A DNA stretch of 64,000 nt from an uncultured delta proteobacterium (GCA_963823335.1 CAWGLD010000008.1:1-64000); one strand, 5' to 3'. Shown: positions 30,376 to 41,732, counted from the stretch's first letter. The notes: generated by a model not told the origin, from the letters alone. Program-made: numbers and translations.

Positions 30376-31631
30376 AGTTAAAAATCATACGATCGGAAAG
30401 ATACGCTCTTTCGGGTGTGCAGACAGAATAAAGAACCAAAAAGGCGTAACCATCATTCTGGTTGCACTCTTGATGCTGGTTTTAATCGGCTTTGCGGCGC
30501 CTGGCTATTGATGTCGGGTATTACATGGTCACACGGAACGAGCTGCAAAATATTGCGGACGGTGCGGCATTGGCAGCCTGCAGTGAACTTGGAGAAATAT
30601 ACATGGGCATGACGCTGGATGAGCAAAGGAATTACGTCTGCGATCAGGACGATCACGACCGACATTGTCGCGAAAGCCGTATCGATTGGCACAAGCAACA
30701 AAGCCGGAGGGATTCAGGGCATTACGATAGCGCACAGAAGATGTTATTATTGGAATTGGGATGCTGAATCCATACCTTTACCCCAGGACACTCAATCAAC
30801 CGGATGCAGTTCGCGTGATTGCGCGTCGGGATGGCTCTGCTAATGGTCCCATATTGACATTTCTCGCCCGGGTACTGGGGATCGACACCGTTAATGTCTG
30901 CGATGGATGCCACAGCAGCCCTGACGGGTCAAGGTACGACCGAAGCCGGGTGAACTGGAACTGCCCATCGGGATATCACACTATTTTTTTCAGGATGGTG
31001 AAGATGATTTTGTAATGATTCCATTGTATTCAATCCCACAAACGATCCTGATTCCTGTGCAGGTTGGAACAGTTGGGATATTTCTCCGCCGAACGACAAT
31101 CTGCTTCGCCAGATTCTGGATGGGAGTGTGACAGTCCCGGGACAACAGCCAATGACACTGCTTTTAATTTTATCGGCGGGAACTTGAGCAACCCTACTTT
31201 TGACGAACTGCTTCTGCTGTTCATGCGACAAAGGCTACGATATTGATGGTGTAGACGGCGATCCAGTGTTACTGATTGTCGATGGAAAGCCTGTAACCGG
31301 ACACTTACTACGAACAGTTCCAGGAACAGATTGCATATTTGGAAGAAGGCGAACAGGCCTACTATCCGGACGACAAAAAGAATCCAACACCGAGAAATTA
31401 GCATAGATGGGAAACAAGTGTTGTCGTTTATGATTGGGACGACTGCTCAAACCCGAATACGACAATCATAATCGTTGGATATGCCAAAATATCGATTACC
31501 AATGTCCAGAATGCACCTGAAAAAAGAATTGAGGGAAATGATTGAATGTGACCTCTTTTCCAATGAGTACCACCCGGGGTGGCGGCGGAGAGTACGGCAT
31601 TAAAGGGACCATACCGGGTCTCGTTGAATAA
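30372..31631 (+). CDS. TadG-like pilus protein, heavily frameshifted
   Basis: LAIDVG...RNELQNIADGAALAA; PILTFLARVLGI; ends GTIPGLVE. Confidence 0.8.
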
Positions 31632-31737
31632 GCAGTCGGATAAGTGTTCTTTTCTTTGATGAATATTCACATTGTGTTAATTGCACCTGATGGAGATAAC
31701 GAGAAAACCATGCACCAAGACATTTCCATATTGATCA

Positions 31738-32871
31738 ATGTCAAAGTTTGGCGCACTCAGCGAAGAACTTGAGCGTGCGATCCTCAATATTGGGGGGTTC
31801 AGGATAAAATCTCCAGAAGACAAGGAACGAGCTGACCTTCTGTTCTATGAACTGGGCCACACCCCCGATGATGATTTCAAACGGATCCAGTCCCTGCTGG
31901 CTTCAAATGCCGTGGGCGAAGTTTTCGTGATCTCCGCGAACAAGGAGTCAGACCTTATCCTCAGGGCCATGCGCGCCGGGGTCAAGGAATTCATCTCTCT
32001 GCCGATAGATGAAGCGGAGCTGAAAAACGCTCTTCTGGAGCTTAAAAAACGGATAAAGCTGGGATCCCCGGTCATGGAACATAAACAGCAACGTATGGGC
32101 CGGGTCATCAATGTGATGGGCGCCAAAGGAGGCGTGGGGACCACCACCCTGGCAGTCAACCTGGCCATGACACTGGCGGGAAAAAAGGAGGCCGGTTCTG
32201 TAGCTCTCCTGGACCTGAACATGGTGTTCGGTGAGATTCCCCTTTTTTTGTCCATTACACCCGCGTATCACTGGGGTCAGATCGTGGAAAATATAAACCG
32301 GCTGGACAATACCTTTCTTTTGAGTGTGATGACCCGTCACAACTCCGGTGTGCACATACTGCCATCGACGAGCCATCTGAACGGTTATCCACCGTTGACG
32401 CCCCAAATCATGGACCGCATCTTAGCTACCATGAAAAAAACCTTTGATTTCATCGTCGTAGACGCCGGCCAATCCCTGGACGGCCCGACACTGAAGACGA
32501 TCGAAATGGCAGAAATGAATTTTCTGGTTACACTTTTAAATCTGCCCTGCCTGCACAACACAAACAACCTGCTCAAATCTCTATCCAGTCTAGGCCTGGC
32601 CCAGAAAGACCGGGTAAAACTGGTGGCCAACCGGTATTTGAAAAATAACGATATTGCGGTCGCAGAAGCGGAGGAAAGTGTGCAAAGCGAAATTTTCTGG
32701 ACCATCCCCAACGATTACAAGACCACCATGTCGGCCATCAACAGGGGCAAACCCCTGTTCGAGATTGCCCCCAAAGCAAAAATAACCAAAAAGATCGATG
32801 GACTGGTGGAAACCCTCCTGCAGGGGGACCGGGAGATAAAGAAAAAAGGGTGGTTCTTCAGTAAAAGATGA
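31738..32871 (+). CDS. cpaE: CpaE/TadZ receiver-like plus MinD-type ATPase
   Basis: RAMRAGVKEF, GAKGGVGTTT, IPNDY; true start may be near 31710. Confidence 0.92.
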   Translation: MSKFGALSEELERAILNIGGFRIKSPEDKERADLLFYELGHTPDDDFKRIQSLLASNAVGEVFVISANKESDLILRAMRAGVKEFISLPIDEAELKNALLELKKRIKLGSPVMEHKQQRMGRVINVMGAKGGVGTTTLAVNLAMTLAGKKEAGSVALLDLNMVFGEIPLFLSITPAYHWGQIVENINRLDNTFLLSVMTRHNSGVHILPSTSHLNGYPPLTPQIMDRILATMKKTFDFIVVDAGQSLDGPTLKTIEMAEMNFLVTLLNLPCLHNTNNLLKSLSSLGLAQKDRVKLVANRYLKNNDIAVAEAEESVQSEIFWTIPNDYKTTMSAINRGKPLFEIAPKAKITKKIDGLVETLLQGDREIKKKGWFFSKR

Positions 32872-32932
32872 GTGGCTCAAGCATGCCATACACACGTCAT
32901 AAACCTTTAGGAACGACGGAGAAAAGAAAACA

Positions 32933-34276
32933 ATGATGGCTTCCGAAATACAACACGATGGATTGTCGCACGAAGATAATACCGGATTTTTATCCGATGA
33001 GTATTTTGATTTAAAAAGCCGCATTCACGACCGCCTGGTAGACGTGCTGGATTTGAGCAAAATGGAACGTGTGGATCCTGTCTTACTCAAACCCGAGTTG
33101 CGCAAGGTCGTGGACAAGATACTCCGGGAAGATTTCCAGTCGCTTCCTCTAAATGCCTTTGAAAGAGAGCGGCTGTACACCGAAATCATGGATGAAGTTC
33201 TGGGTTTTGGCCCTCTGGAACCATTACTCCAGGACCCAACGGTTTCGGATATCCTGGTCAACACGTACAAGCGAATTTATGTTGAACGCTTCGGCAAACT
33301 GGAAAACACCATTGCACGCTTCAAGGACGACGCCCACCTGAGAAGAATCATCGACAAGATCGTGACCGCCGTGGGTCGACGTATCGACGAATCCTCTCCC
33401 ATGGTGGACGCCAGGCTGATGGACGGCTCGCGGGTCAACGCCATCATCCCGCCCCTGGCCCTGGATGGACCCATCCTTTCCATTCGGCGATTTTCCGTAG
33501 ACCCCCTGGAAATGGAAGATTTGATTCAATTCAGAACACTGATTCCCCAGATCGGTGAATTGCTGCAGGGTATCGTCAAATCACGGCTCAACATTCTGAT
33601 CTCCGGCGGCACGGGCAGCGGAAAAACCACGGTCCTGAATGTACTTTCGCGATTTATTCCCGCCGGGGAGCGTATCGTCACCATCGAAGACTCGGCGGAA
33701 CTGCAGCTCAAGCAACGGCACGTGGTGCGGCTCGAGACCCGGCCCGCGAACATAGAAGGCAAGGGAATGGTTACCCAACGGGACCTGGTCATCAACAGCC
33801 TGAGAATGCGGCCCGACCGGATCATCGTGGGTGAGGTGCGCGGCCAGGAAGCCTTTGATATGCTCCAGGCCATGAACACCGGTCACGATGGCTCCTTGAC
33901 CACCATCCATGCCAATTCGCCCCGGGACGCGCTCATGCGTCTGGAGACCATGGTGGCCATGGCCAACTTCGATATTCCCAGTGAATTTTTAAGACGCTTC
34001 ATCAGTTCGGCCATTGACGTGGTCCTTCATCTGGCCCGGTTGACGGACGGCTCGCGCAAGGTGATGAGTCTCCAGGAGATCACAGGCATGGAGGGTAACA
34101 CCATCACCACCCAGGAAATTTTCTCCTTCCAGCAAAAGGGTATCGATCAGGAAGGCAAGGTCAGGGGCCGCTTCATTTTTGGCGGCGTGCGGCCGAAGTT
34201 CATGGAACGTTTCAGGGCGGCGGGTATCAGGTTGTCGCCGGACCTGTTCGATCCATCCAATTCAATTGAGGTTTGA
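32933..34276 (+). CDS. cpaF: CpaF/TadA assembly ATPase
   Basis: [37 protein letters not shown]. Confidence 0.96.
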   Translation: MMASEIQHDGLSHEDNTGFLSDEYFDLKSRIHDRLVDVLDLSKMERVDPVLLKPELRKVVDKILREDFQSLPLNAFERERLYTEIMDEVLGFGPLEPLLQDPTVSDILVNTYKRIYVERFGKLENTIARFKDDAHLRRIIDKIVTAVGRRIDESSPMVDARLMDGSRVNAIIPPLALDGPILSIRRFSVDPLEMEDLIQFRTLIPQIGELLQGIVKSRLNILISGGTGSGKTTVLNVLSRFIPAGERIVTIEDSAELQLKQRHVVRLETRPANIEGKGMVTQRDLVINSLRMRPDRIIVGEVRGQEAFDMLQAMNTGHDGSLTTIHANSPRDALMRLETMVAMANFDIPSEFLRRFISSAIDVVLHLARLTDGSRKVMSLQEITGMEGNTITTQEIFSFQQKGIDQEGKVRGRFIFGGVRPKFMERFRAAGIRLSPDLFDPSNSIEV

Positions 34277-34294
34277 TTCAAAAAGGAGCATGAA

Positions 34295-35265
34295 ATGTTC
34301 ATCTGGCTGTTGGGAACGGTAATATTTATTCAGATTCTCCTGATCATTGAACTTCTTTTATACGCCATTCGCATGTTCAGATACCCGGACCGTGCAGAAG
34401 TGCGCAAAAGACTGAAGAACAGCCTAATTACGGCGCCCGATGCTGAAGACGTTGATATTACAAAGAATAAAGTTTTCAGCGACATTCCTTTCTTAAATCA
34501 ATTCATCGTTGCCGTTCCAGGTGTTGCACGTCTGGATTTGCTGATGCGTCAGGCCAATGTGAAATACACCATGGGCTTTTTCATTCTGCTCAGCACGACT
34601 CTGGGATTCACGGGATACCTGGTGATCTTTATTCTGATCGGAAATCCGCTCATATCGCTATATCCCTGGCTTTGGTCGCGGCAACCATTCCATACCTGTC
34701 CCTCAGGATGAAAAAAAATAAAAGGACAGACCGTTTTGAAAAACAGCTTCCCGAAGGATTAGAACTGATCGCCAGGGCTCTGCGGGCCGGTCATGCCTTT
34801 ACAAGCGGTATGAAGTTGGCTGCCGAGGAATTTCCGGATCCGCTTGGACCTGAATTCGATGAAACCCTTGATGAAATCAATTTCGGTGTAAACGTCTCGG
34901 ACGCCTTGAAGCACCTTGCCCGACGTGTGGACTGCCCTGACCTGAGTTTCTTTGTGGTCGCCGTGATCCTGCAACGCGAAACCGGAGGCAACCTGTCCGA
35001 GATCATTGAAAACCTGGCCCATCTTATGCGGGAGCGATTCAGATTCCGGGGGAAAATTAGAATTCTATCCGCTGAAGGACGCTTAACAGGGAAAATTCTA
35101 GTCGCTATTCCGGTACTTCTCTTTATAGCAATGTATTCACTAAATCGGGATTATGCTGCAATTCTAATACACGACCCCGCCGGACGGATGACCGTTGGTA
35201 TTTCGGTATTGTTGATCTTGGCCGGGTTGGTTTGGATGAAACGGGTTCTAAAACTGGATGTTTAA
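34295..35265 (+). CDS. tadB: TadB, frameshift near 34670
   Basis: FEKQLPE, LRAGH, QRETGGNL, SAEGR. Confidence 0.9.
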
Positions 35266-36244
35266 TTGGCTTGGGTGATCGATATGCTTTTTACAAATGA
35301 GTATTTTCCGATAATATTTGCCTCTCTATCATTTGTGGTATTTTGTTTACTTTTCCTGGGCATTGCCCTGTCGCTGAACAGTGCGCGCCACCGACGCGAA
35401 ATACGCAATAAAATACGTTCTGAGGATCCGGATTGGACGGAAGGTGGCAAGGAATCATCGTCCATAGAAATGGACGACGGGTCTGGCAATGCTTTCACGC
35501 AGTTCCTCAGCGTTGTCGGCTCGAAGATCAATACTCGGCCGGTCAGGAGACGACGGGGAGATAAAGCTCAAGTTCCTTCGGGCCGGCCTGCGCGGAAGCA
35601 ATATTCCTGCCATATTCTGGGGGACAAAGGTGCTTCTGGCAGTCACCCTGACCATGGCCTTTGTTATAATCGTAGTTATTTTTTTCCCGGCCATAAAATC
35701 AAGCCATCTGCTAATGGGTATCATATCTTTCACCTTGATGGGGTTAATGTTGCCGGATATCTGGCTGCGCTCGAAAACAACCCGAAGGAAAGAAAAAATC
35801 AGTAGAGCCTTTCCCGACGCCCTTGATTTACTGGTGGTCTGCGTGGAAGCCGGCATGGGCATGGACGCGGCCATCAGCCGTGTCGGCAAGGAGTTGGAAC
35901 TGAACCATCCCGTGTTGAGCCGTGAACTGCATTTGCTGAACCTGGAGTTGAGAGCCGGAAAACCCCGGCCGATTGCTTTGAGAAATCTGGCGTATAGAAC
36001 CGACATCGATGATGTGAACAGCCTGGTGACCCTGCTGATTCAAACCGACCGGTTTGGCACCAGCGTGGCACAGGCACTGAGGGTGTATGCGGACACTTTC
36101 AGGACAGCCCGTTTCCAAAAGGCGGAAGAATTGGCCGCGAAATTATCCACCAAGCTGATATTCCCCCTGGCTGTCTGTATTTTTCCTTCATTTTTTGTCG
36201 TTGCGCTCGGACCTGCGTTAATACAGGCTGTATCGAATGCTTAA
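35266..36244 (+). CDS. tadC: TadC, frameshift near 35535
   Basis: PDALDLLVVCVEAG, QTDRFGT, AEELAAK, KLIFPL. Confidence 0.9.
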
Positions 36245-36282
36245 TCAGGGATAACGCTTAACCAAAAGGAGTTATACTTTCC

Positions 36283-37260
36283 ATGAAAACACGACATAAT
36301 ACAATTTCTACAATGACCTGCGCTGTCCTTTTATCGCTGTTGATTGGCGGCATGGTAACCGGCTGCGCAACAACCGGCAACATGAAACAAGACAACCCAG
36401 GCTTCGATGGCATGAAACAGCTGAACGATCAGAAGCAAAAGGAACTTGCCGAAGACCCGGCCCTGAATCTTAAGCTTCCGGATATGACCGCAGAAGAACA
36501 CGAGGCCCTGGGGGACCGTTACCAGAACAAAAAAGACCATGCCATGGCCTTTGTGCAGTATGAAAAGTCCCTGGCTCTCGATCCGGACAATCAGCGCGTT
36601 CAATACAAGCAGGGCATGCTTTTTATAGAAACCGGTAAGTACACGGAGGCGGCAGCATCCTTTCAAACGGTTTTGAAAAAAGAACCGCGTCAGGCAGACG
36701 CCCGTGAGGGGTTGGGCATCGCCTTTTTAAAATTGAAAGAATATGACAAGGCCGAAAAGCAATTCCTCACGGCCGTCGCCTGGGAACCGGGGCGTTGGAA
36801 ATCCCGCAACTATCTAGGATCTATCTACGATCATGAAAAAAAATACGACAAGGCCATCGAACAGTACCAAAAAGCCATTCGTTTCAGACCGACTGATGGT
36901 GTATTGTACAACAATCTGGGGGTTTCGCTATCACTGGCAGGCCGCTATGATGAGTCTGTCAAGGCTTTGATGCAGGCCCTTGAGAATGATGGGCCCAAAG
37001 AAAAGATTTATAACAATTTAGGCATTGTATTGGCCAAAAGTGGTCGCTATCCCGCCGCACTGGATGCCTTTACGAAAGCATCCGACAGCGCAAAAGCTTA
37101 CAATAATTTAGGCTGCATGTACATGGCAGACGGCAGGTACCAAAAAGCGAGCGAAGCTTTAGAAAAGGCCATTGCGCTGAGCCCGAAATTTTACACCCTG
37201 GCGAATGAAAACCTGAAAAAGGTTCAGTTGAAAGACGCTGTTCAGCAAGCGGAAAAATAA
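36283..37260 (+). CDS. TPR lipoprotein (TadD-like)
   Basis: lipobox VTGC; repeated YNNLG TPR motifs. Confidence 0.88.
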   Translation: MKTRHNTISTMTCAVLLSLLIGGMVTGCATTGNMKQDNPGFDGMKQLNDQKQKELAEDPALNLKLPDMTAEEHEALGDRYQNKKDHAMAFVQYEKSLALDPDNQRVQYKQGMLFIETGKYTEAAASFQTVLKKEPRQADAREGLGIAFLKLKEYDKAEKQFLTAVAWEPGRWKSRNYLGSIYDHEKKYDKAIEQYQKAIRFRPTDGVLYNNLGVSLSLAGRYDESVKALMQALENDGPKEKIYNNLGIVLAKSGRYPAALDAFTKASDSAKAYNNLGCMYMADGRYQKASEALEKAIALSPKFYTLANENLKKVQLKDAVQQAEK

Positions 37261-37320
37261 CGAGACGACTACACTATTTTACAACACTGAGCGGACAAAC
37301 CGTTCGGTAAAAAAGGATTC

Positions 37321-38595
37321 ATGGTGGTCAATATGTCTTATCCCACAGAGAAATTAAAAAGAACGCCTCAAGCGGAGAATTCAAATGATGCGACTGCCGA
37401 CGTCCAGACAGCGCCGGACCTGTCACCCCGCGCAACCACCCAGGTACTTCAACTATCTGCCGCCATCCTCAAACGGTCTGACAGGCTTGCGTTGGTGTCG
37501 ACGCTGGGTTTGCTTGCGGTCTGGCTGATCGGCCGTGTAATGGAGACCCTGCATGGCAAAATGGTATTCGACATGACCTTGACATATTGGCTGGGCCTGG
37601 TCATTTACATCCTCATTGCAATTTGGGCCATCGGTTTCGTCATTTCGGCCTCTGATGATCTACGCACGGCACGCCAAAAGAAACTTGCCATCCTGTGCTG
37701 GCTTTTTCTTATGTCCCTGGTCGCCACATTACTTGTGAGTTTCAAAGGATATCGGATCTCATCCGGGGGCCTGCTCGCCACAATTGCCGGCTCGCAGGAA
37801 CCGTCGGAAATGGCGATCTTTCTGCTGTTTAAATATCATTACATGAACCCCCTTCTGGCATTGAACCTGGTAGCTGCAAAAATCACGGGGCTGTCATGGG
37901 GTGTGGCGTCCTTCGCGCCCTTTGTATGGAGTTGGAATGTCCTGCTGGGCTTTTTTATCTGGAGCGTTGCTTATGGGATCTTGCTTTTATTGCGCAAAGG
38001 CAGGCAGGGCATGAAAAATATCTACCTTGTGTTTTCAGCCTTTGGCCTGATTGGGCTGATGATTCTCAAATCGGCGTCCTCTCCGACCATAGAACAAATG
38101 ATCATGATCCAGGCTGCTGCAACTATTCTCATAGTGGCTCAAGTGCTTTTGGCTTATACGACCCTGCGGGAGATCGCCGCGGGCCCTTCCGACCCTGACC
38201 AAAAAACCGTCGACACATTAAATGATTGGCCGCCGAAAAAAGACCAGGCCCCTGACAAGCGATTCGCCGGTCTTCCTCCATCAGCGGTAAAATTGGTCCT
38301 GGTGCTGTTTTTCGCGATACCCTTGATTGCCGATATGAGCAATCAGTTTCTTACGGCTTCATCCTCCAAGCGGATTTATCACCAGATAACCATGGATGCG
38401 GACAGTCCGGAAACCGGTTTTACAGCGGTTACGGCCATGAGTATCCGCAGTGGCCCAACCCATGGAGATGAGTTAATCGGCATTTTACCCAAGGGTTCTC
38501 ATATACAGGTAGGGGATAAGCGAAACGGCTGGGTAGAAATAGGTGAAAACAAATGGATCCAGGAGAAATTTATAAGACCGCCACAGGGCAAATAA
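37321..38595 (+). CDS. polytopic membrane protein with C-terminal SH3b-like domain
   Basis: about 8 TM segments; IRSGP...NGWVEI..KWI. Confidence 0.82.
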   Translation: MVVNMSYPTEKLKRTPQAENSNDATADVQTAPDLSPRATTQVLQLSAAILKRSDRLALVSTLGLLAVWLIGRVMETLHGKMVFDMTLTYWLGLVIYILIAIWAIGFVISASDDLRTARQKKLAILCWLFLMSLVATLLVSFKGYRISSGGLLATIAGSQEPSEMAIFLLFKYHYMNPLLALNLVAAKITGLSWGVASFAPFVWSWNVLLGFFIWSVAYGILLLLRKGRQGMKNIYLVFSAFGLIGLMILKSASSPTIEQMIMIQAAATILIVAQVLLAYTTLREIAAGPSDPDQKTVDTLNDWPPKKDQAPDKRFAGLPPSAVKLVLVLFFAIPLIADMSNQFLTASSSKRIYHQITMDADSPETGFTAVTAMSIRSGPTHGDELIGILPKGSHIQVGDKRNGWVEIGENKWIQEKFIRPPQGK

Positions 38596-38635
38596 CAAAA
38601 GCGGGACCAAGGATAACGTATCATTCTCATATGGT

Positions 38636-39589
38636 ATGCATCGCATAAACAGGATGTCTATATTTAGATGGTTTCTTTTCATATATTTGTTTTTATCGCC
38701 TTTATTTTGGGTGTGCGCCCATGGCGAACAGCTTTTGCTAACTGCAGAAATGAAAAAGGCGTATGACCCTGAAATCGGCCAAGAGAGCCTTGTTCCAAGC
38801 AACTACATCAAGCTTTATGATCCTGAAAAAGGAATCCTGGTTCTAACACCTGCCTATCTTGTCTCCCGTTACGATCCTGAAACCAATTCTATGAAGCTGG
38901 TCCCTAAAGATTATGTAAGGGTGTTTGATCCCGAGCTGGAGATCGAACGCTGGGTATCGCCCGAAATGGGCCGTAGATATGATCCGGAAACAGGTGCTAC
39001 AGGGCTTCGCAGGAAAGACAGCCGAAAAATGGTTGACCCGGAAACCGGTACTGAAAAGCTGGTGGCTAAAAGTTCAACCGTGGTGGTTGATTCTCTCGGA
39101 AACAAGGTGGGAGAAATCAACGTCATGGGTTACCAGAACACCTATGACCCTGAAAAAGGATATCAGGTGCTTTCTCTAGAAAATCAGAAAAGGATGTATG
39201 ATCCGGAATTCGGTGGTTACCGTCTAACCCCTGATAATTATGTCCAGATATATGATCCGGAGTCAGGAACCTTCGTGTTGAGACCCGAAAATTACAGGCC
39301 CGTGTATGACCCTGAATCGGGTTCCAATAAACTCATGCCTAAAAATTACGTTAAACGCTACGACTCCCAAACGGGAAAGGAAACGCTCGTTCCTGATTTC
39401 TATGAACGCAAATATGATCCTGAACTCGGTGCTTACCGGCTTGTGCCAAAGGATTATAAACGGATTTATGATCCCCAAAAGGGCTACGAAGTTTTGTTGG
39501 GTGGTGCCTATACGACCATTGTTGATGAACTGGGAAATGAAATCAAGCGTGTGAAAAACAGCGATCTCTTGAAAGACGGCACGCAATAG
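38636..39589 (+). CDS. exported protein of about 15 tandem 18-aa YDPE repeats
   Basis: hydrophobic N-terminus; repeats xYDPExGxxxLxPxxYxx. Confidence 0.88.
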   Translation: MHRINRMSIFRWFLFIYLFLSPLFWVCAHGEQLLLTAEMKKAYDPEIGQESLVPSNYIKLYDPEKGILVLTPAYLVSRYDPETNSMKLVPKDYVRVFDPELEIERWVSPEMGRRYDPETGATGLRRKDSRKMVDPETGTEKLVAKSSTVVVDSLGNKVGEINVMGYQNTYDPEKGYQVLSLENQKRMYDPEFGGYRLTPDNYVQIYDPESGTFVLRPENYRPVYDPESGSNKLMPKNYVKRYDSQTGKETLVPDFYERKYDPELGAYRLVPKDYKRIYDPQKGYEVLLGGAYTTIVDELGNEIKRVKNSDLLKDGTQ

Positions 39590-39614
39590 GTTTTCCAATT
39601 GAAAAGCGCTTTTT

Positions 39615-40127
39615 TTATGGTGAGATTGAAGACGCCTCGTCTACACATTCTTTAACTTTCTCAAGCGCTTTGTTAGAGCCTCTAAGACTGAATAATAATT
39701 TTTCATGTTCACCTTCAACAACCAAGCTGTTGCCAAGACGTAATTTATTAAAGACATCCTCTCGATTCCCAAGATCAATTTGCAGAGAGGTTTCATCGGT
39801 TGTTGTGGCAAAAAAACGCCCCAGGTCATTACCATCGATTAAGAGGCTGACTTCATGGTTGCGATCTGAGGATAATTCCCAAGATTCTTTTACAAGTAAT
39901 AAACTTATTTCATTTGCATCTGTCAATGCAATCGCTAATACAACCCCGCTTTCATAAGCTGTTGCCATATGGCAATGTGAAAATGAACCATCCGCCAATC
40001 GATATGCACCGCCTGCCCAGTCGCCATATGAAAAAGTATAGAGCTCTTCAAGATCATCAGAAATCGATTGTCCAGCAAAAGCGAACAGTATGGCAAACAA
40101 GTATATCAGGGTTCTCTTGCATTTCAT
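39615..40127 (-). CDS. exported hypothetical protein
   Basis: signal peptide; YGDWAGGAY...FSHC; C-terminal FSLRGS...C. Confidence 0.75.
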   Translation of the reverse strand: MKCKRTLIYLFAILFAFAGQSISDDLEELYTFSYGDWAGGAYRLADGSFSHCHMATAYESGVVLAIALTDANEISLLLVKESWELSSDRNHEVSLLIDGNDLGRFFATTTDETSLQIDLGNREDVFNKLRLGNSLVVEGEHEKLLFSLRGSNKALEKVKECVDEASSISP

Positions 40128-40168
40128 GGTAAACACCCCTTGGCGTAAGTGGTTTGTAGAAGGACTTT

Positions 40169-40405
40169 TAGGATCTTCTCCCAATTATTTGGGAGAAAGG
40201 GTTCAAGGAGTCCAGGATTCAAGGGTTCAAGTGTTTGTTTTCCAGGGATTTGATCATCGCTTTTAGCATTCTCTCTACATCCCCACCTTTAACTCTTTAT
40301 AATTCTTAAGCATTTAGCTGATGCCTCACTTCATCTCACTCGAAACCTGGACCCCTGGAATCCTTGAATCCTTAATTTGGATCAACTCTTTGGGAGATGA
40401 TCCTA
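40169..40405 (-). mobile_element. TIR-bounded cassette with internally deleted four-helix-bundle gene, copy 1
   Basis: TA-GGATCTTCTCCCAA...TTGGGAGATGATCC-TA; remnant MLKNYKELKV|GDVERMLKAMIKSLENKHLNP at 40313-40219. Confidence 0.8.
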
Positions 40406-40512
40406 TTTTTATTATACCCCAAGAATTAAAAAGATGTCAAAAGAAACCAATTTTTTTCCTTCTACGCTACAGCTTTGACAGATAAATTTTAAGCATCAAA
40501 ATTTATTTTGGC

Positions 40513-40655
40513 TTGACAATAATGTCTTTAACCCCATATATATAGCGTTTTGATTCCGGAAGGAATCAAAACGGACATAATCCTTGCTCCGGCGTGTCTC
40601 TCTCAGGATGCGCATAGCCAAATCGGCCGGGGCTTTAAACCCACAAGGAGGTACT
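40513..40655 (+). promoter_or_regulatory. rpsF promoter and probable S6:S18 autoregulatory leader
   Basis: TTGACA at 40513; CCTTG...CAAGG stem covering the RBS with CCC just 5' of it; inner CTCCGG/CCGGGG stem. Confidence 0.6.
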
Positions 40656-41258
40656 ATGAGAAGGTACGAACAGATCGTTATCCTCGATTCCGACCTGCCG
40701 GAAGACGAGCGCTCACCTGTATTTGACAGACTCAAAGAACTCATTCCGCAGTACAAGGGTTTCCTGATCGACATCGATGAATGGGGCACCAAAAAACTGG
40801 CCTATGACATCAAGAAAAAACCACGCGGGTTTTACGCCCAGGTCAATTTCTGTGGTTTTGGCGACCTTGTCGATGAAATGGAGCGGTTTTTCCGCATCGA
40901 CGACCGGATACTCAAGTACATGACGGTTCTGCTGGACAAAGAGGCGGATGTGGAGGCCATCAAGGCTGAAATGGCTGAAAAGAAAGCCCAGAAAGCCGAA
41001 GCAGCGGCCAAGGCTGCGGAAGAAGCGGCAGCGGCAACCGCTGCAGCAGCCGCTGCCGAAGCAGCGGCGGAAGCTGAAGCGGCGGCAACCCCCGAAGCTG
41101 AACCGGAGGCCAAAACAGCCCCGGCAGTCGAAGTGGTAGTGGAAGAGGCAGCGACCCAGGCGGCAGAGATAGAAACCGTCGAAGCTGCACCGGAGCCCGA
41201 GGAAACCCCGGCCCCTGAAAAAAAACCCACTGAATCAGCAGAAACCCCTAAGGAGTAG
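40656..41258 (+). CDS. rpsF: 30S ribosomal protein S6 with long Ala/Glu tail
   Basis: MRRYE, DEWGTKKLAYDIKK; AAGGAGG RBS. Confidence 0.97.
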   Translation: MRRYEQIVILDSDLPEDERSPVFDRLKELIPQYKGFLIDIDEWGTKKLAYDIKKKPRGFYAQVNFCGFGDLVDEMERFFRIDDRILKYMTVLLDKEADVEAIKAEMAEKKAQKAEAAAKAAEEAAAATAAAAAAEAAAEAEAAATPEAEPEAKTAPAVEVVVEEAATQAAEIETVEAAPEPEETPAPEKKPTESAETPKE

Positions 41259-41262
41259 ATAA

Positions 41263-41541
41263 ATGGCAGCCTATCACAGACAGACGCGGGACGGTAACAA
41301 CGTAAAGAAAAAAAGACGAGTTTTCCATCGCAGAAAAGTATGTCGTTTCTGCGCCGACAGCAAGATCAATATCGATTACAAGGATCAGAAGCTGTTAAAA
41401 TATTTTATTACCGAGCGGGGCAAAATTATTCCCAGAAGAATTTCCGGAACCTGTTCCAAACATCAGCGCGTATTGACCCATGCCATCAAACGGGCCCGGA
41501 CGATTGCGCTATTACCCTATGTCGGTACATTGGATTTGTAG
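41263..41541 (+). CDS. rpsR: 30S ribosomal protein S18
   Basis: [25 protein letters not shown]. Confidence 0.98.
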   Translation: MAAYHRQTRDGNNVKKKRRVFHRRKVCRFCADSKINIDYKDQKLLKYFITERGKIIPRRISGTCSKHQRVLTHAIKRARTIALLPYVGTLDL

Positions 41542-41685
41542 AAGTTATCTCAAAAAGGTCTTTTGGCCCAATCTCTGTGTTGGCTTCGCGTTTCAACTCC
41601 TCAAAATACTTAAAGTATTCCTGCGGGTTTAAACACGAAGCCGCCTTGACCTTGAGCCAAAATCCTATTTTTGAGACAACTTCTA
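41539..41685. mobile_element. MITE-like element at the rpsR stop codon
   Basis: TIR TAGAAGTTATCTCAAAAA / TTTTTGAGACAACTTCTA, TA ends, internal palindromes. Confidence 0.75.
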
Positions 41686-41732
41686 AACTGATGTTGTCGT
41701 CTTTAGATAAAAAGAAAGCAGGAGCCACAATA

